From: Chiloscyllium plagiosum | Taxonomy: Eukaryota | Direction of reading: 5' to 3' | DNA length: 64,000 nt | NCBI RefSeq assembly: GCF_004010195.1 | Contig: NC_057750.1 | Span: 5,480,595-5,544,594, forward strand | In this document: one piece after another, positions 38,901 through 48,068 of the stretch | Position numbering within the stretch: the first letter of the stretch is position 1 | How the letters are laid out: every line of letters starts with the position of its first letter | Notes under the pieces: generated by a model | The model's database searches: none | What the model saw: only the letters and a program-made list of their open reading frames with translations | Told to the model about the DNA's origin: nothing | Position numbers and translations under genes: made by a program

Positions 38901-41900
38901 ATGGATCCAACCCCTCCATCTCCCACCCCAAGTACCTTAAACCTAGCACAAGGTAAGCAACACAGACTGGGGGTTTGGGTCTGGGTGGGATGCTCTTCAG
39001 AGGGTCAATACAGATATAATGGGCTAAATGGCCTCTTTATGCACTGTAGGGTTTTCTATTCTATTATTCTATATGTGGTAATATAATAGATGAGAAACAA
39101 AGAATAGTGTTTTTATTGCCATGGTTGCTTTACTTACTGAATAATAGTAGATACCTGTTAAATAAATGAAGTCCATACAGCTGTAAGTTTTTCTACTAAA
39201 ATTACTGTAGTATGTCTGAAACTGTATAGCTTGTTGATGATTTCTGCTGAGCAACATTGTTTTTGCCCAAAAGCAACCTACACCACCACCCAGTTCTACA
39301 CTTCCCTCGGAGCATGAGGTTTCCAGAAGCAGTATTTATCCATTATTGGAATGGATCACACATTAGTAATTATGTCAGTAATTCCGAGGGATGAATAATA
39401 TACTGTGGTCTTTGTCTGCATGGTGCTTAATAAAGCATGCACTGAATTTTGAGAAAGCCATACAAGTGGCTCAATCAGTCTTTAAAAATATGGTAGCATG
39501 GTGCTTACTGCTTGCATGAACTAGTTTGTCCTTTGCCAGTAATCACTTCTTACAAAGAGGTATCTTATTTGTTATTTTAAATCAAATCTGCTGTTGTACC
39601 AAATTAACCAGCGATATTGTAACCCCACTCTGCCTTGGAAGTATTAATATATATTTAATGTCTGACGGTATTTCCAGATGAAATTCAGTATTTTGGCCAT
39701 GTGCAAGGATCCTTGCCAATTCTATTTGATTGTTTTATTTTCTCATTATTTCAGTGGGATTTTTTTTTCTGTTGTTTATTTCATTGGTTTCATTCTATTC
39801 TTGCAAATTTATTTTCAAGTCCACAAGTCTTTAGTTAAGTTCTGTAACTGATATTTGAATGACATTACCTGTAACAAAGTATATTGTTAAATAAATGTTT
39901 TGTCATGTAATAAGTACCTTTTTATATGTCCATGCTGTATATGGTGCAGTTTAAAAATGTCCTTTAACAGTGTCCATTTTCTATGTACACAACCAACTCA
40001 TGAGTTTGGAGTTTGTTCTCAACCTTTTCAACATTATTAGTAATGAGGTGCAAGTCTAAGTTGATGTGATTCATTTGCTGTCTTTCCCCTTTCCCTTTTG
40101 ATGGACAAAGGACCAAAATTCCACTTAAAAATTCCTTGTAATCCAATTGATGCTGAGGGCTCACTGCTTGAAAATAATGTTCCTCCTTTCCAGGCACAGC
40201 AAATTGGCGCACCAGTTCATGATGTCATCCTTCAGTTTGATATATAGAACTTTAATGAAATATTCCTATCTGGTTACTTTTGCTCTGAATTTTAATGGTC
40301 TTTACAAATGTTAATATATAGCTCTACAAAGATTTCAGTGAGTCCCTCTCTCCTCCCTACCTTTTATCTTCTCCTGCTGAACACTCTCTGCTCATTCCTG
40401 AAGAAGGGCATGTGCCCGAAACGTCGAATCTTCTGTTCCCTAGATGCTGCCTGACCTGCTGTGCTGTTCCAGCAATAAAGTTTCAGCTTTGATCTCCAGC
40501 GTCTGCAGACCTCACTTTCTCCTTGATGATTCCTCTGCGGCCCTTGTGATGTTACTGACCTTGTTGCATCTCCTATTGTGTAGCGGAATTTCACCGGAGC
40601 CGATTCTCCTCCGCAAGCTCACTCAGTGATTTTGAAGATAGCAGAGGACATGCCAAGTCAAGGTAGATATTTGACTCCGAGTGACCAGTGTTGTCAATCG
40701 CTTTGTTTAATGAATTGATTTTAAAGTTCTCTGGGCTGTTTGTGTGATCTCCAAATTAAGTTGCTCCTACCACCAACAATCACTGTTTGTGTGGGGTGGG
40801 GGAACCTGAAAATCTCCAACATGTCACAGGACCATAGGCTGCTGTCTCATTAGAGAAAGATGGCTGTGGATGAATTCAACCTAAGGATCGCCACATCTCT
40901 GGCAAAGTTGAGAAGACAAAGTCTTTGTGGTGTCTTCAGCCAGTACAGAAATGAATCTATTTTTGTCATCAGTTTGCATCATCAACCCACTTGGTTGTTT
41001 GACCACTCCAGCTTGCTGTGTCATTTAGTAAGGTCATGGCTGATCTAACTGTGGGCCTCAAGTTTTCCTGCCTGTCCTTTGTTAAAGATTGGTCTAATTC
41101 AGCCCAGAGTATGTTTACCAAACCAGTCTCCATTGCTCTCTGCTCTGGATGAGAATTCCAAAAAGGGGAGAGAATGGTCTCGTGGTACTAGCACTGAACT
41201 GTTAATCCAGAGAAATCCAGGGACACAGGTTCGAATCCCGCTACAGCAAATGGTGGAATTTGAATTCAACAATAAATCTGGAATTAAGAGTGTAATGATG
41301 ACCATGAATCCATTGTCGATTCTCGGAAAATCCATCTGGCTCACAAATGTCCTTTTAAGGAAGGAAACTGCCATCCTTACCTGATCTAGCCTACATGTGA
41401 TTCCAGTCCCACAGCAATGTGGTTGACTCTCTGCTGCCTTCTGGACAATTAGCAATGGGCATTAAATGCTGGCCTAGCCAGCAATGCCCTCCTCCTATGA
41501 ATGAATTTTTTAAAAATATTAACAACCTCTTTTGAGAGAAGAGATCCATTTTCATCTTCTACAGGAGACTCCTTATCTTTAAAGTGTGCCCCCACTTGTA
41601 AATATTTGCCATGAGAGAAACCATTGTCCCCAACAACCTGTTAAGTTCAATAAGTTCACTTTGTATCCAAACACCCAACAGCTTGATCGGTCCTCTGTCA
41701 TCAACCCCTGGTGCGGTGTGGTTTAGTATTCCAGCCTGATACCCTACTGACAATTGTACAATGTCTAAATAAAACCTCTGCACAGCTCCGGTTGTGAGTG
41801 TAAGACTTAACTCTTCAAATAGTGGTAGAGTTATCTCCCATGTCTACCTGAGCAGGTAGGCAGGGCCTCAGTTTGATCTCACATCTAAAAGATGACATTT

Positions 41901-44900
41901 CTAGTCATGTATTGCTTCCTCAGTACTGCACTCAGATTAGATGCTGTGAGGCTTGGACCCATGGCCTAGCAACTTGGAAACAGGAGTGTTCCAGCTGCAA
42001 AGATGCACTGTGACTGACTGACCAGCTTTTGACTGTGGTCCCAGATATTGTTAAAACATCAACCACAATCAGAAATCTGTAGTGACACACCAGTGTCCCA
42101 GTGATTGTAAAGGGTCACACTGTATGTTACAAGTAACCTGCCTTTTCTTTCTACCTCAAGAAAACTTACCGTGAACTAAACTTTCATAGAACTTGGATGT
42201 GTACATTGAATCTGTATTTTAATAACAATTGCAGGTCAAGGGTGAAAGAGCAGGGGAATACAACTAACTAGATAGCTCCGTCAGAAAGTTCAAGCACAAT
42301 TTAGTTAATGGCCTTTGTGTTTAAGATGCTTTGTGTCAGATTCCAGGTTTACCTGTTCTGAAGAAGGGTCACTGGACTAGGAACATTAACTCTGCTTTCT
42401 CTCCACAGATGCTGCCAGACTTGCTGAGTTTCTCCAGCAATTTCTGGTTTTCTTTCAGGTTTATATGTTTCACTGGTCAGTCCTGATTTATTTGACCACT
42501 CAGTATAATTCAGGACACTCGCAGCACAGATGAGGAGTTGCAGATTTAATCACTCACTCTTGTTGAAACTTTACTAAAATATCCAGCAGTCTGTAACTAG
42601 TCTAAGAATAATGTTTTTTTTAATTTTGCTCCTTGCTCCCCCTCCAATAACAGATTGCAGAGAAGCAGGAAACCTAAACGGCCATTGGGATTGGCATCTT
42701 GGAGCAGTCCAAACTTGGTGAGTAGATTCCTGATCAACGGAAAGCCAGAATCCCACAAGTTATGTACCCTGTAATTTATAGAATGATTTTGCTTTGAACT
42801 CTGTCCACCAGTCAAACCATTCTCTACTGTGGACCATGTCTGAATGTGCTGCCGAAAACAGCTCTCATTGTCTCAGGATGACACTATTTCTAAAGGTTAA
42901 ATTTCACAGTAGATAGTAAGAAACATTTGCAGTTTTATAGCGCCTTTAACAATCTCAGGATGTCCCAACTTTACAACTGATCATGTACATTGGAAGTGCT
43001 GTCACAGTTGTAATGTAAGGAACAGGGCTCACAGCACGCTCCCACAAACAATGATCATTCAACTTCTTGTATAGTGACGCTAATTGAGGTATAGTCCTGA
43101 TGTTGACTCTTTGTGAGACGCACTTGTAAATTTCATCGCCTTCTCTCTGCTGTTCCTTCCCCATCTTTAGAGTCATAGAGATGTACAGCATGGAAACAGA
43201 CCCTTTGATACAACTCATCTATGCCGACCAGGTATCCCAACCTAATCTAGTCCTATTAGCCAGTAATTGGCCCATATCCCTCTAAACCCTTCCTATTCAG
43301 ATGCCTTTTAAATGTTGTTATAGTTTTAGATTTAGACTTTATCGGCACATGTACTGGTTAGGCCACTTTTGGAATGCTGTTCTAATCTCCCTGCTATAGA
43401 AAGGATGATGTGAAACATGAAAGGGTTCAGAAAAGATTTACAAGGATGTTGCCAGGGTTGGAGGGTTTGAGCTATAGGGAGAGGATGTATAGGCTGGGGC
43501 TGTTTTCCCTGGAGCATCAGAGGCTGAGGGGTGACCTTATAGAGGTTTATAAAATCATCATGAGGGACATGGATAGGGTAAATAGTCAAGGTCTTTTCCT
43601 TGGGGTAGGGGCATGCAAAACTAGAGGGCATAAGGTTAGGGTGAGAGGGGAAAGATATAAAAGGGACCTAAGGGGCAACTTATTCATGCAGAGGGTGGTG
43701 CATGTATGGAATGAGCTGCCAGAGGAAGTGGTGGAGGCTGGTACAATTACAACGTTAAACGGCATCTGGATGGGTATATGAATTGGAAGGGTTTAGAGGG
43801 ATATGGGCCAGGTGCTGGCAATTGGGATTAGATTAATTTAGGAATATCTGGACGGCGTGTACGAGTTGGACCGAAGGGTCTGTTTCCGTGCTTTATGACT
43901 CTACTCAAGTACCGGAGTACTGTGAAAAATTTTCAATGTCACCACAAGTTCCACTCTTAGGTACAAGCTGCTAGGTACAAAAACGTAAGAACAAGGTAGA
44001 AAGAAATAAAGAAGAAAGTTAAAAGTTAAACATTACAGTCACTCTTAGCATTAAGTCAAAAAATAGAGAAATTAAGCTAAAACTTTAACCATTACAATCT
44101 ATCTTAAATGCTTAGCCATGCTGGGACCACACTTAGTACAAGGACTCGATCTTTGGCACAAATGTAAGTGGACGGTTCAGTTAGGTGTGGGTGACAGACC
44201 GAATGCAGTCTCTCTTGGCACCAGTCCATTTCCTCCCTCCTGAGCCAGAATTCAAAATCCAACATAGTCTTGGTCCTGAGATGGCAGATTTTGAGAGAGC
44301 ATACTGATGCTTGAAAGGAATGAATCTGTAGACCATCTAGAAAGGGAAGGGAACTGCAGCTAAATGGATCGAACTGGAGAGAGAGGCTGAGTGGCCTCCA
44401 TTGTGCTGTGATTCAATGAAGTCTCAGCCTCTTTGTTTTTTCCAGCCTCAAAGAAAACCAAAAGCAAAGAAACGTTTAGCCAGCACCCCAACTAAACAAA
44501 ACAAGGTATCTGACAAAGGTAAGCACATGATTCTATACAATGTAATAGTTCCTTGCACTGAACATCAGCGCGTTTAACATATTACAACATTCCAAGTTGC
44601 TTCATTGCAATAAAGAATTAAGTATTCCACCATCTCATATGGTCAAACATAGGGTCAACGGTGTAGGTTTGACATCTTGACATCAAAGTGGAGAGGGTTT
44701 AGGGAGGGAATTGCAGAGTTTAGGGCCCAGGCATTTGAAGGCACGGAATGATTAAAATCTCAAGAGGCTGGAGTTAAAGGAGTGCTGAGATCTCGGATGG
44801 TCATGAGCCTGGAGGAGGTTATAGAGATTAGGCCTGGGAAGGATATGAATACAAAAGTGAGGATTGGAGAACTGCAGTGTTGCTTTACTGAGAGCCAGTG

Positions 44901-47206
44901 TCGGTTGGCGAGCATAGGGATGATGGTGGAGTGGAATTTGACTTGGACAGCAGTGTGAGAGACCAGCCAAAACTGCATCGGAATAGTCCACTCAAAGTGG
45001 CAAAGGGATGAAGGACACTTTCAGTAGCAGGTGAGAGGAAATAGGAGAAAAGTCAGTTGATGTTTCAGGAATGAGAAGAAAATCTTGAGCAGAAGCCTAA
45101 CTTTGAATCAATGTTACTCAGCTTGCGAACATTCAGTCACCAGGGAGAGGGATGGAGTCAGTAACTAGGGAATCTGGTCTCAAGCAGGAGCTAGAAACTT
45201 TTCTCCCCAGTGTTAAATTGGGCTGGAACCTCTCCCCAGTGTGAAGTTGGAGGAAATTTCTGCTGCTTCAAAGCTGGATGTTGGACAAGCAGCCTGATCA
45301 TCTTTTGGCTAAGATTAAAACAAAATCCCAGAGAAACTCCACAGTTTAGCTTTAGCATGCTTGCCTTTATTGTTCACACCTTTGAGTATAAGAGTTGGAA
45401 CATTGAGGTTGTACATGATGTTGGTGAGGCCTGTTCTGGAGCACTGTGTGCAGTCCTGGTCGCCCTGTTATGAGAAAGGACTTTGTTAAACTGGAGAGGG
45501 TTCAGAAGAGATTTACCAGGGAATGGAGGGTTTCTGTTATAGTGAGAGTCTGGATCTGCTGGGACTTTTCTCACTGGAGCGTAGGGGGTTGAGGGGTGAC
45601 CTTTGTAGAGGTTTATAAAATCATGGGCGAATGGCAGGTGTCTTTTCTCTAGGGTGGGGCATTTCAATACTGGGGGCATACTTTTAAGGTGAAAGGAGAA
45701 AGATTTAAAAAGACATAATGGACAATTTGTTTTTTTACACAGAGGGTAATCTGTATGTAGAATGAGCATCCAGAAAAAGTGTCAGATGCAAGTACAGTTA
45801 CAATGTTTAAAAGTACATGAATAAAAAGTGTTTGGAGGGATATGGTCCGAGTGCGGGCAGGTGGGGCTAGTTTAGTTTGGGATTATGGTTGGTATGGGCT
45901 GGTTGGACCGAAAGGTCTGTTCCTGTGCTGTTTTACTCTATGGTATTGGAGAGAGAAACGTTTCAAGTCCAGTATGATTCTTCTTCAGAGCTTATCAGTT
46001 TGAGTCACACTGTGTTCTTCACAGATGCTACCAGACCTGCTCAGTTTCTCTGTCACTTCCTGTATTTATGTAAGTTTTCCAATATCTGCAGCATTTGGCT
46101 TTTATTTGAGCGATAACTTCAGCAAGTGAACAGTTGAAGGGGTGATGGTGGGTGCCGTTGGTGTCAGTGTGAAATGTGTTTTTGCCAAAGGACAGCGTGT
46201 GGATGAGAAATGGGAGGGGATTGAGGATAGATTACAGCGTGCCACAGAACGGAAGGAGAAAAGCATTCAGGTGGGGAGTGCCTGAATCATAGAGGGAGCC
46301 CCCTAGGTGGTGAAATATCTCTTAAGCTCATTGTAGATCAGGAATACTGGTTTTGTGCATCTTACAAATAATGTACAAATTCGGAGCAGTAGGCTATTCA
46401 GTATGATCATTGCTGATTTGATTGTGGTCTCGGCTTCACTTTCCTGCCTACCTCCAGTACACTTTGACCCCATCCGCCCCCATTGCTATTAGGGGAAGAC
46501 GTCCATAGATTCAGACCCTCTGAGAGTCAACGTTCCTCCTTATCTCCACCCTTTGTTTTTAAACTGCATCCCCTAGTTCCAATCTCTCCGTCAAAGGGAG
46601 ACACCTTTTTTTGGCCCGGACCAGTCTGTTCAGGATCTTGTATGTCTCAATAATGTCACCTCTCGTTCTCTTAAAATCGATCGATACAGGCTGAACTTAA
46701 TCCAACCTTTTCCTCGTACATTAACTGCCAAGAGTGAACCCTCTCTGAGCCGCTTCCAATACAATAATGTCCTAAGGAGGCTGAAGCTGTACACAGTACT
46801 CCAGATGTGGTGTCCCCGACCCCCTGTACGCCTGTAGCGAATCATGCCGACATTTACATTCCATTCCTCTTGCTATAACCTGAACCCCTGATTTCAGCCC
46901 CACTGCTGGGTGCAAGATTCCTGTTGGAGAGCAAGAAGAACCGGGCGAAGGAGCCGTCGGCCGTGCAGATGTGGTGCGGAAACTACCTGGCTCAGCAAGT
47001 GTGCAAGCAGAGGAACAAAGTAGTGTTTATGTGTTTAGCACAACTCTGATACCGAGTTGGATTTCCAAAGGTGGAATCGTCTAAAAGCCTTTCTTCCCCC
47101 ACTCCCTCCAGAAAATTATCTAGACTCGTGCGACCTTTCTGAAATCGATGCCAGGCTCAACGCGTTGCAGGAGTACATGGAGAAGCTTGGCGCACGGACC
47201 GAGTGA
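14811..47206 (+). CDS. CCDC61: Coiled-coil domain-containing protein 61 (VFL3 / SAS6-like centrosomal protein), 13 coding exons, 1662 nt, 553 aa
   Basis: Exons 14811-14958, 17181-17263, 19802-19962, 22909-23061, 26932-27148, 29969-30051, 31029-31318, 33445-33523, 35158-35294, 40584-40662, 42654-42717, 44446-44518, 47112-47206. All introns are GT-AG with consistent phases. The translation matches recalled human CCDC61 motifs (YVFRG, QWRGEF, THKTGNFKQF, KRYLILIYSVEFDRIHYPLPLPY, RFNPTAY, EIDARLNALQEYM). Confidence 0.95.
15809..16134 (+). mobile_element. HE1-type SINE
   Basis: Same head and tail motifs. Confidence 0.85.
17181..17263 (+). CDS. CCDC61: CCDC61 coding exon 2
   Basis: ttgttccag acceptor; YIEDVTHKTGNFKQFSIFCSMLESAITK; donor gtatga. 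Confidence 0.93.
17350..17990 (+). mobile_element. Degenerate CR1 3' fragment
   Basis: Similarity to the other CR1 ORF2 C-terminal and 3' UTR copies in the window. Confidence 0.7.
19802..19962 (+). CDS. CCDC61: CCDC61 coding exon 3
   Basis: tttttcag acceptor; SSESVTLDLLTYADLELLRNRK...KRYLILIYSVEFDR; donor gtatca. Confidence 0.95.
20528..20915 (+). mobile_element. HE1-type SINE 3' fragment followed by a near-full copy
   Basis: (aatct)n tails at about 20602-20620 and 20898-20915. Confidence 0.8.
22909..23061 (+). CDS. CCDC61: CCDC61 coding exon 4
   Basis: cctgcag acceptor; IHYPLPLPYVGKPDPATLQKIIRSLKEEL...RRLRA; donor gtgagt. Confidence 0.95.
24152..24662. mobile_element. Non-autonomous Penelope-like element (second family) with inverted termini and a hammerhead-like motif
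   Basis: TSD TCCTTGAATCAT 24140-24151 and 24663-24674; minus-strand CTGATGA-AGGAGC-AGT-GCTCC-GAAAG at about 24208-24233; inserted in a CR1 fragment. Confidence 0.65.
24873..25349. mobile_element. Palindromic Penelope-derived mini-element interrupted by an HE1 SINE
   Basis: Near-TSD TGGTAGG(G/A)CCTTG 24860-24872 and 25350-25362; inverted arms ccaggttatagtccaacagg / cctgttggactata. Confidence 0.6.
24949..25274 (-). mobile_element. HE1-type SINE
   Basis: Reverse copy with (agatt)n tail. Confidence 0.85.
25363..26068 (+). mobile_element. CR1 3' fragment
   Basis: WNELPEEVVDVGTITTFKRHLDKYMN; tail atgactctctgactct. Confidence 0.85.
26932..27148 (+). CDS. CCDC61: CCDC61 coding exon 5 (coiled coil)
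   Basis: cccttcag acceptor; FEKLLQEKQELEVMILQLQEQ...YRQVLDE; donor gtgaga. Confidence 0.92.
29969..30051 (+). CDS. CCDC61: CCDC61 coding exon 6
   Basis: aatttcag acceptor; LEDVKASERKLKVRMKNLTTELNLYKRG; donor gtgagt. Confidence 0.93.
31029..31318 (+). CDS. CCDC61: CCDC61 coding exon 7 (Arg/Ser-rich)
   Basis: tttttcag acceptor; RLTPVGPSP...SRERS...RLSPSPA; donor gtacaa; phase 2 to phase 1 fits neighbours. Confidence 0.88.
33445..33523 (+). CDS. CCDC61: CCDC61 coding exon 8
   Basis: ctcctcag acceptor; TRQTRFNPTAYVHNKEQKQKETEQR; donor gtaagt. Confidence 0.9.
34700..35107 (+). mobile_element. Probable LTR 3' fragment abutting the exon 9 acceptor
   Basis: AT-rich U5-like segment ending ...ccccgtgatgtaac; identification by resemblance only. 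Confidence 0.35.
35158..35294 (+). CDS. CCDC61: CCDC61 coding exon 9
   Basis: Long polypyrimidine tract ending tgcag; LRRIYRGMNLLTDEERGRSKS...SRGRSSS; donor gtaagg. Confidence 0.85.
35685..36260 (-). mobile_element. CR1 (second subfamily) 3' fragment
   Basis: LEGVQGRFTRMIPG...NLIETYRILRGLD. Confidence 0.8.
37087..37122 (-). ncRNA. Minimal hammerhead motif, inverted identical copy
   Basis: Exact reverse complement of 40394-40429. Confidence 0.6.
37274..37794 (-). mobile_element. Penelope-like retroelement (Neptune-type) C-terminal GIY-YIG endonuclease fragment
   Basis: RCNICAH...FTCTSTHIIYCIRCSRCGLLYIGETGRLLAERFREH...VAQHFN...EERLIFRLGTLQPQGMN; uninterrupted frame. Confidence 0.9.
37800..38970 (-). 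mobile_element. Old CR1 fragment (endonuclease region) within the Penelope cargo
   Basis: Degenerate CKKGSPLIMGN.NF endonuclease-like motif at about 37913-38098. Confidence 0.55.
40394..40429 (+). ncRNA. Minimal type I hammerhead ribozyme motif in the Penelope terminal repeat
   Basis: ATTC-CTGAAGA-A-GGGCA(TG)TGCCC-GAAAC-GTC-GAAT: stem I ATTC/GAAT, core CUGANGA and GAAA, stem II, palindromic ACGT stem III, GUC cleavage triplet. Confidence 0.6.
40584..40662 (+). CDS. CCDC61: CCDC61 coding exon 10
   Basis: Branch-point-like tactgac, tgtgtag acceptor; EFHRSRFSSASSLSDFEDSRGHAKS (human SFRSRCSSASSCSDLEDF); donor gtagat. Confidence 0.88.
42654..42717 (+). CDS. CCDC61: CCDC61 coding exon 11
   Basis: taacag acceptor; LQRSRKPKRPLGLASWSSPNL; donor gtgagt; phase fits. 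Confidence 0.8.
43168..43905. mobile_element. Two CR1 3' fragments (- then +)
   Basis: ERVQKRFTRMLPGLEGLSYRER...WNELPEEVVEAG. Confidence 0.85.
44446..44518 (+). CDS. CCDC61: CCDC61 coding exon 12
   Basis: ttttccag acceptor; PQRKPKAKKRLASTPTKQNKVSDK; donor gtaagc. Confidence 0.82.
45350..45942 (+). mobile_element. CR1 3' fragment
   Basis: Similarity to other CR1 copies. Confidence 0.75.
47112..47206 (+). CDS. CCDC61: CCDC61 terminal coding exon
   Basis: ccctccag acceptor; NYLDSCDLSEIDARLNALQEYMEKLGARTE then TGA. Confidence 0.93.
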
Positions 47207-47699
47207 GCTGAGGAGCAGATCCTTCCGGCGGGTGCTGTATGACAAACTGAGGGCACGGGAGGGGACGGAGGGCAGGGTGAGGCAGGAGCCTGTGGGCACA
47301 GACACAACCTGCCCGACACCACCCATGTAGCCCAGGTCAGAAGCAGCCAACCTGCGTGTGCTAAACCGGCCCTCCTTTTCTCAGACTAGATGGAAGAACT
47401 GAATGACTAGATTTGTTCGCTGCAGATAGGAATTTTCTTTTGTTTTTTATATAGAAAATAGGATAAGTTTCTGGACAATCTGTGAGAGTTGTCACCTTTG
47501 TGTGACTATTACACTATTTGATAAACCTCTTGGCCAAAATGCAACACTATAGAATGATTAACCGAGATTGTTGTGTGTCTGGAGCTGGTTTTGACGAGGT
47601 GTAACCAATTTCTAGCCAGTTGTCTATCCTGGTAGTTCCTCACTTGGGAGATCGCAACCAGTGGCTGGTGAAAATGGACTCCCAAACTTTTCACATGAA

Positions 47700-48068
47700 G
47701 TCAGAAAGTCACACAACACCAGAGTTAAAAATCACAACACCAGGTTATAGTCCAACAGGTTTAATTGAAAGCACAAGCTTTTGGATGAAGGAGCAGCACT
47801 CTGAAAGCTAGTGTGCTTCCAATTAAACCTGTTGGACTATAACCTGGTGTTGTGTGATTTTTAATTTTGTATATCCCAGTCCAACACTGGCATCTCCAAA
47901 ACACACCAGGTTATAGTCCAACAGGTTTATTTCAAAACACAAGCTTTCAAAGCTCAGCCCACGAAGGGTTCAAAAGCTTGTGATTTCAAATAAACCTGTT
48001 GGACTGAACCTGATGTCGTGTGACTTTTGACCTTGACCACCCAGTCCAACACTGGCACCTCCACATCG
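47700..48068. mobile_element. Two nested palindromic Penelope-derived mini-elements
   Basis: Outer TSD TTTTCACATGAA 47688-47699 and 48069-48080; inner element about 47723-47902 with ACACCAG duplication. Confidence 0.65.

Larger units (their letters stand above)
37028..40526. mobile_element. Composite Penelope-like insertion with inverted termini and about 2.5 kb of cargo
   Basis: TSD TGATTCCTCTGCGG at 37014-37027 and 40527-40540; 138-bp identical inverted repeats 37029-37166 and 40350-40487; GIY-YIG ORF fragment. Confidence 0.8.

Noticed and set aside
39964-40212. 82-aa minus ORF in the Penelope cargo as a captured gene
   Set aside because: Starts at a non-ATG codon just after a stop, has no convincing splice signals and no recognisable homology.
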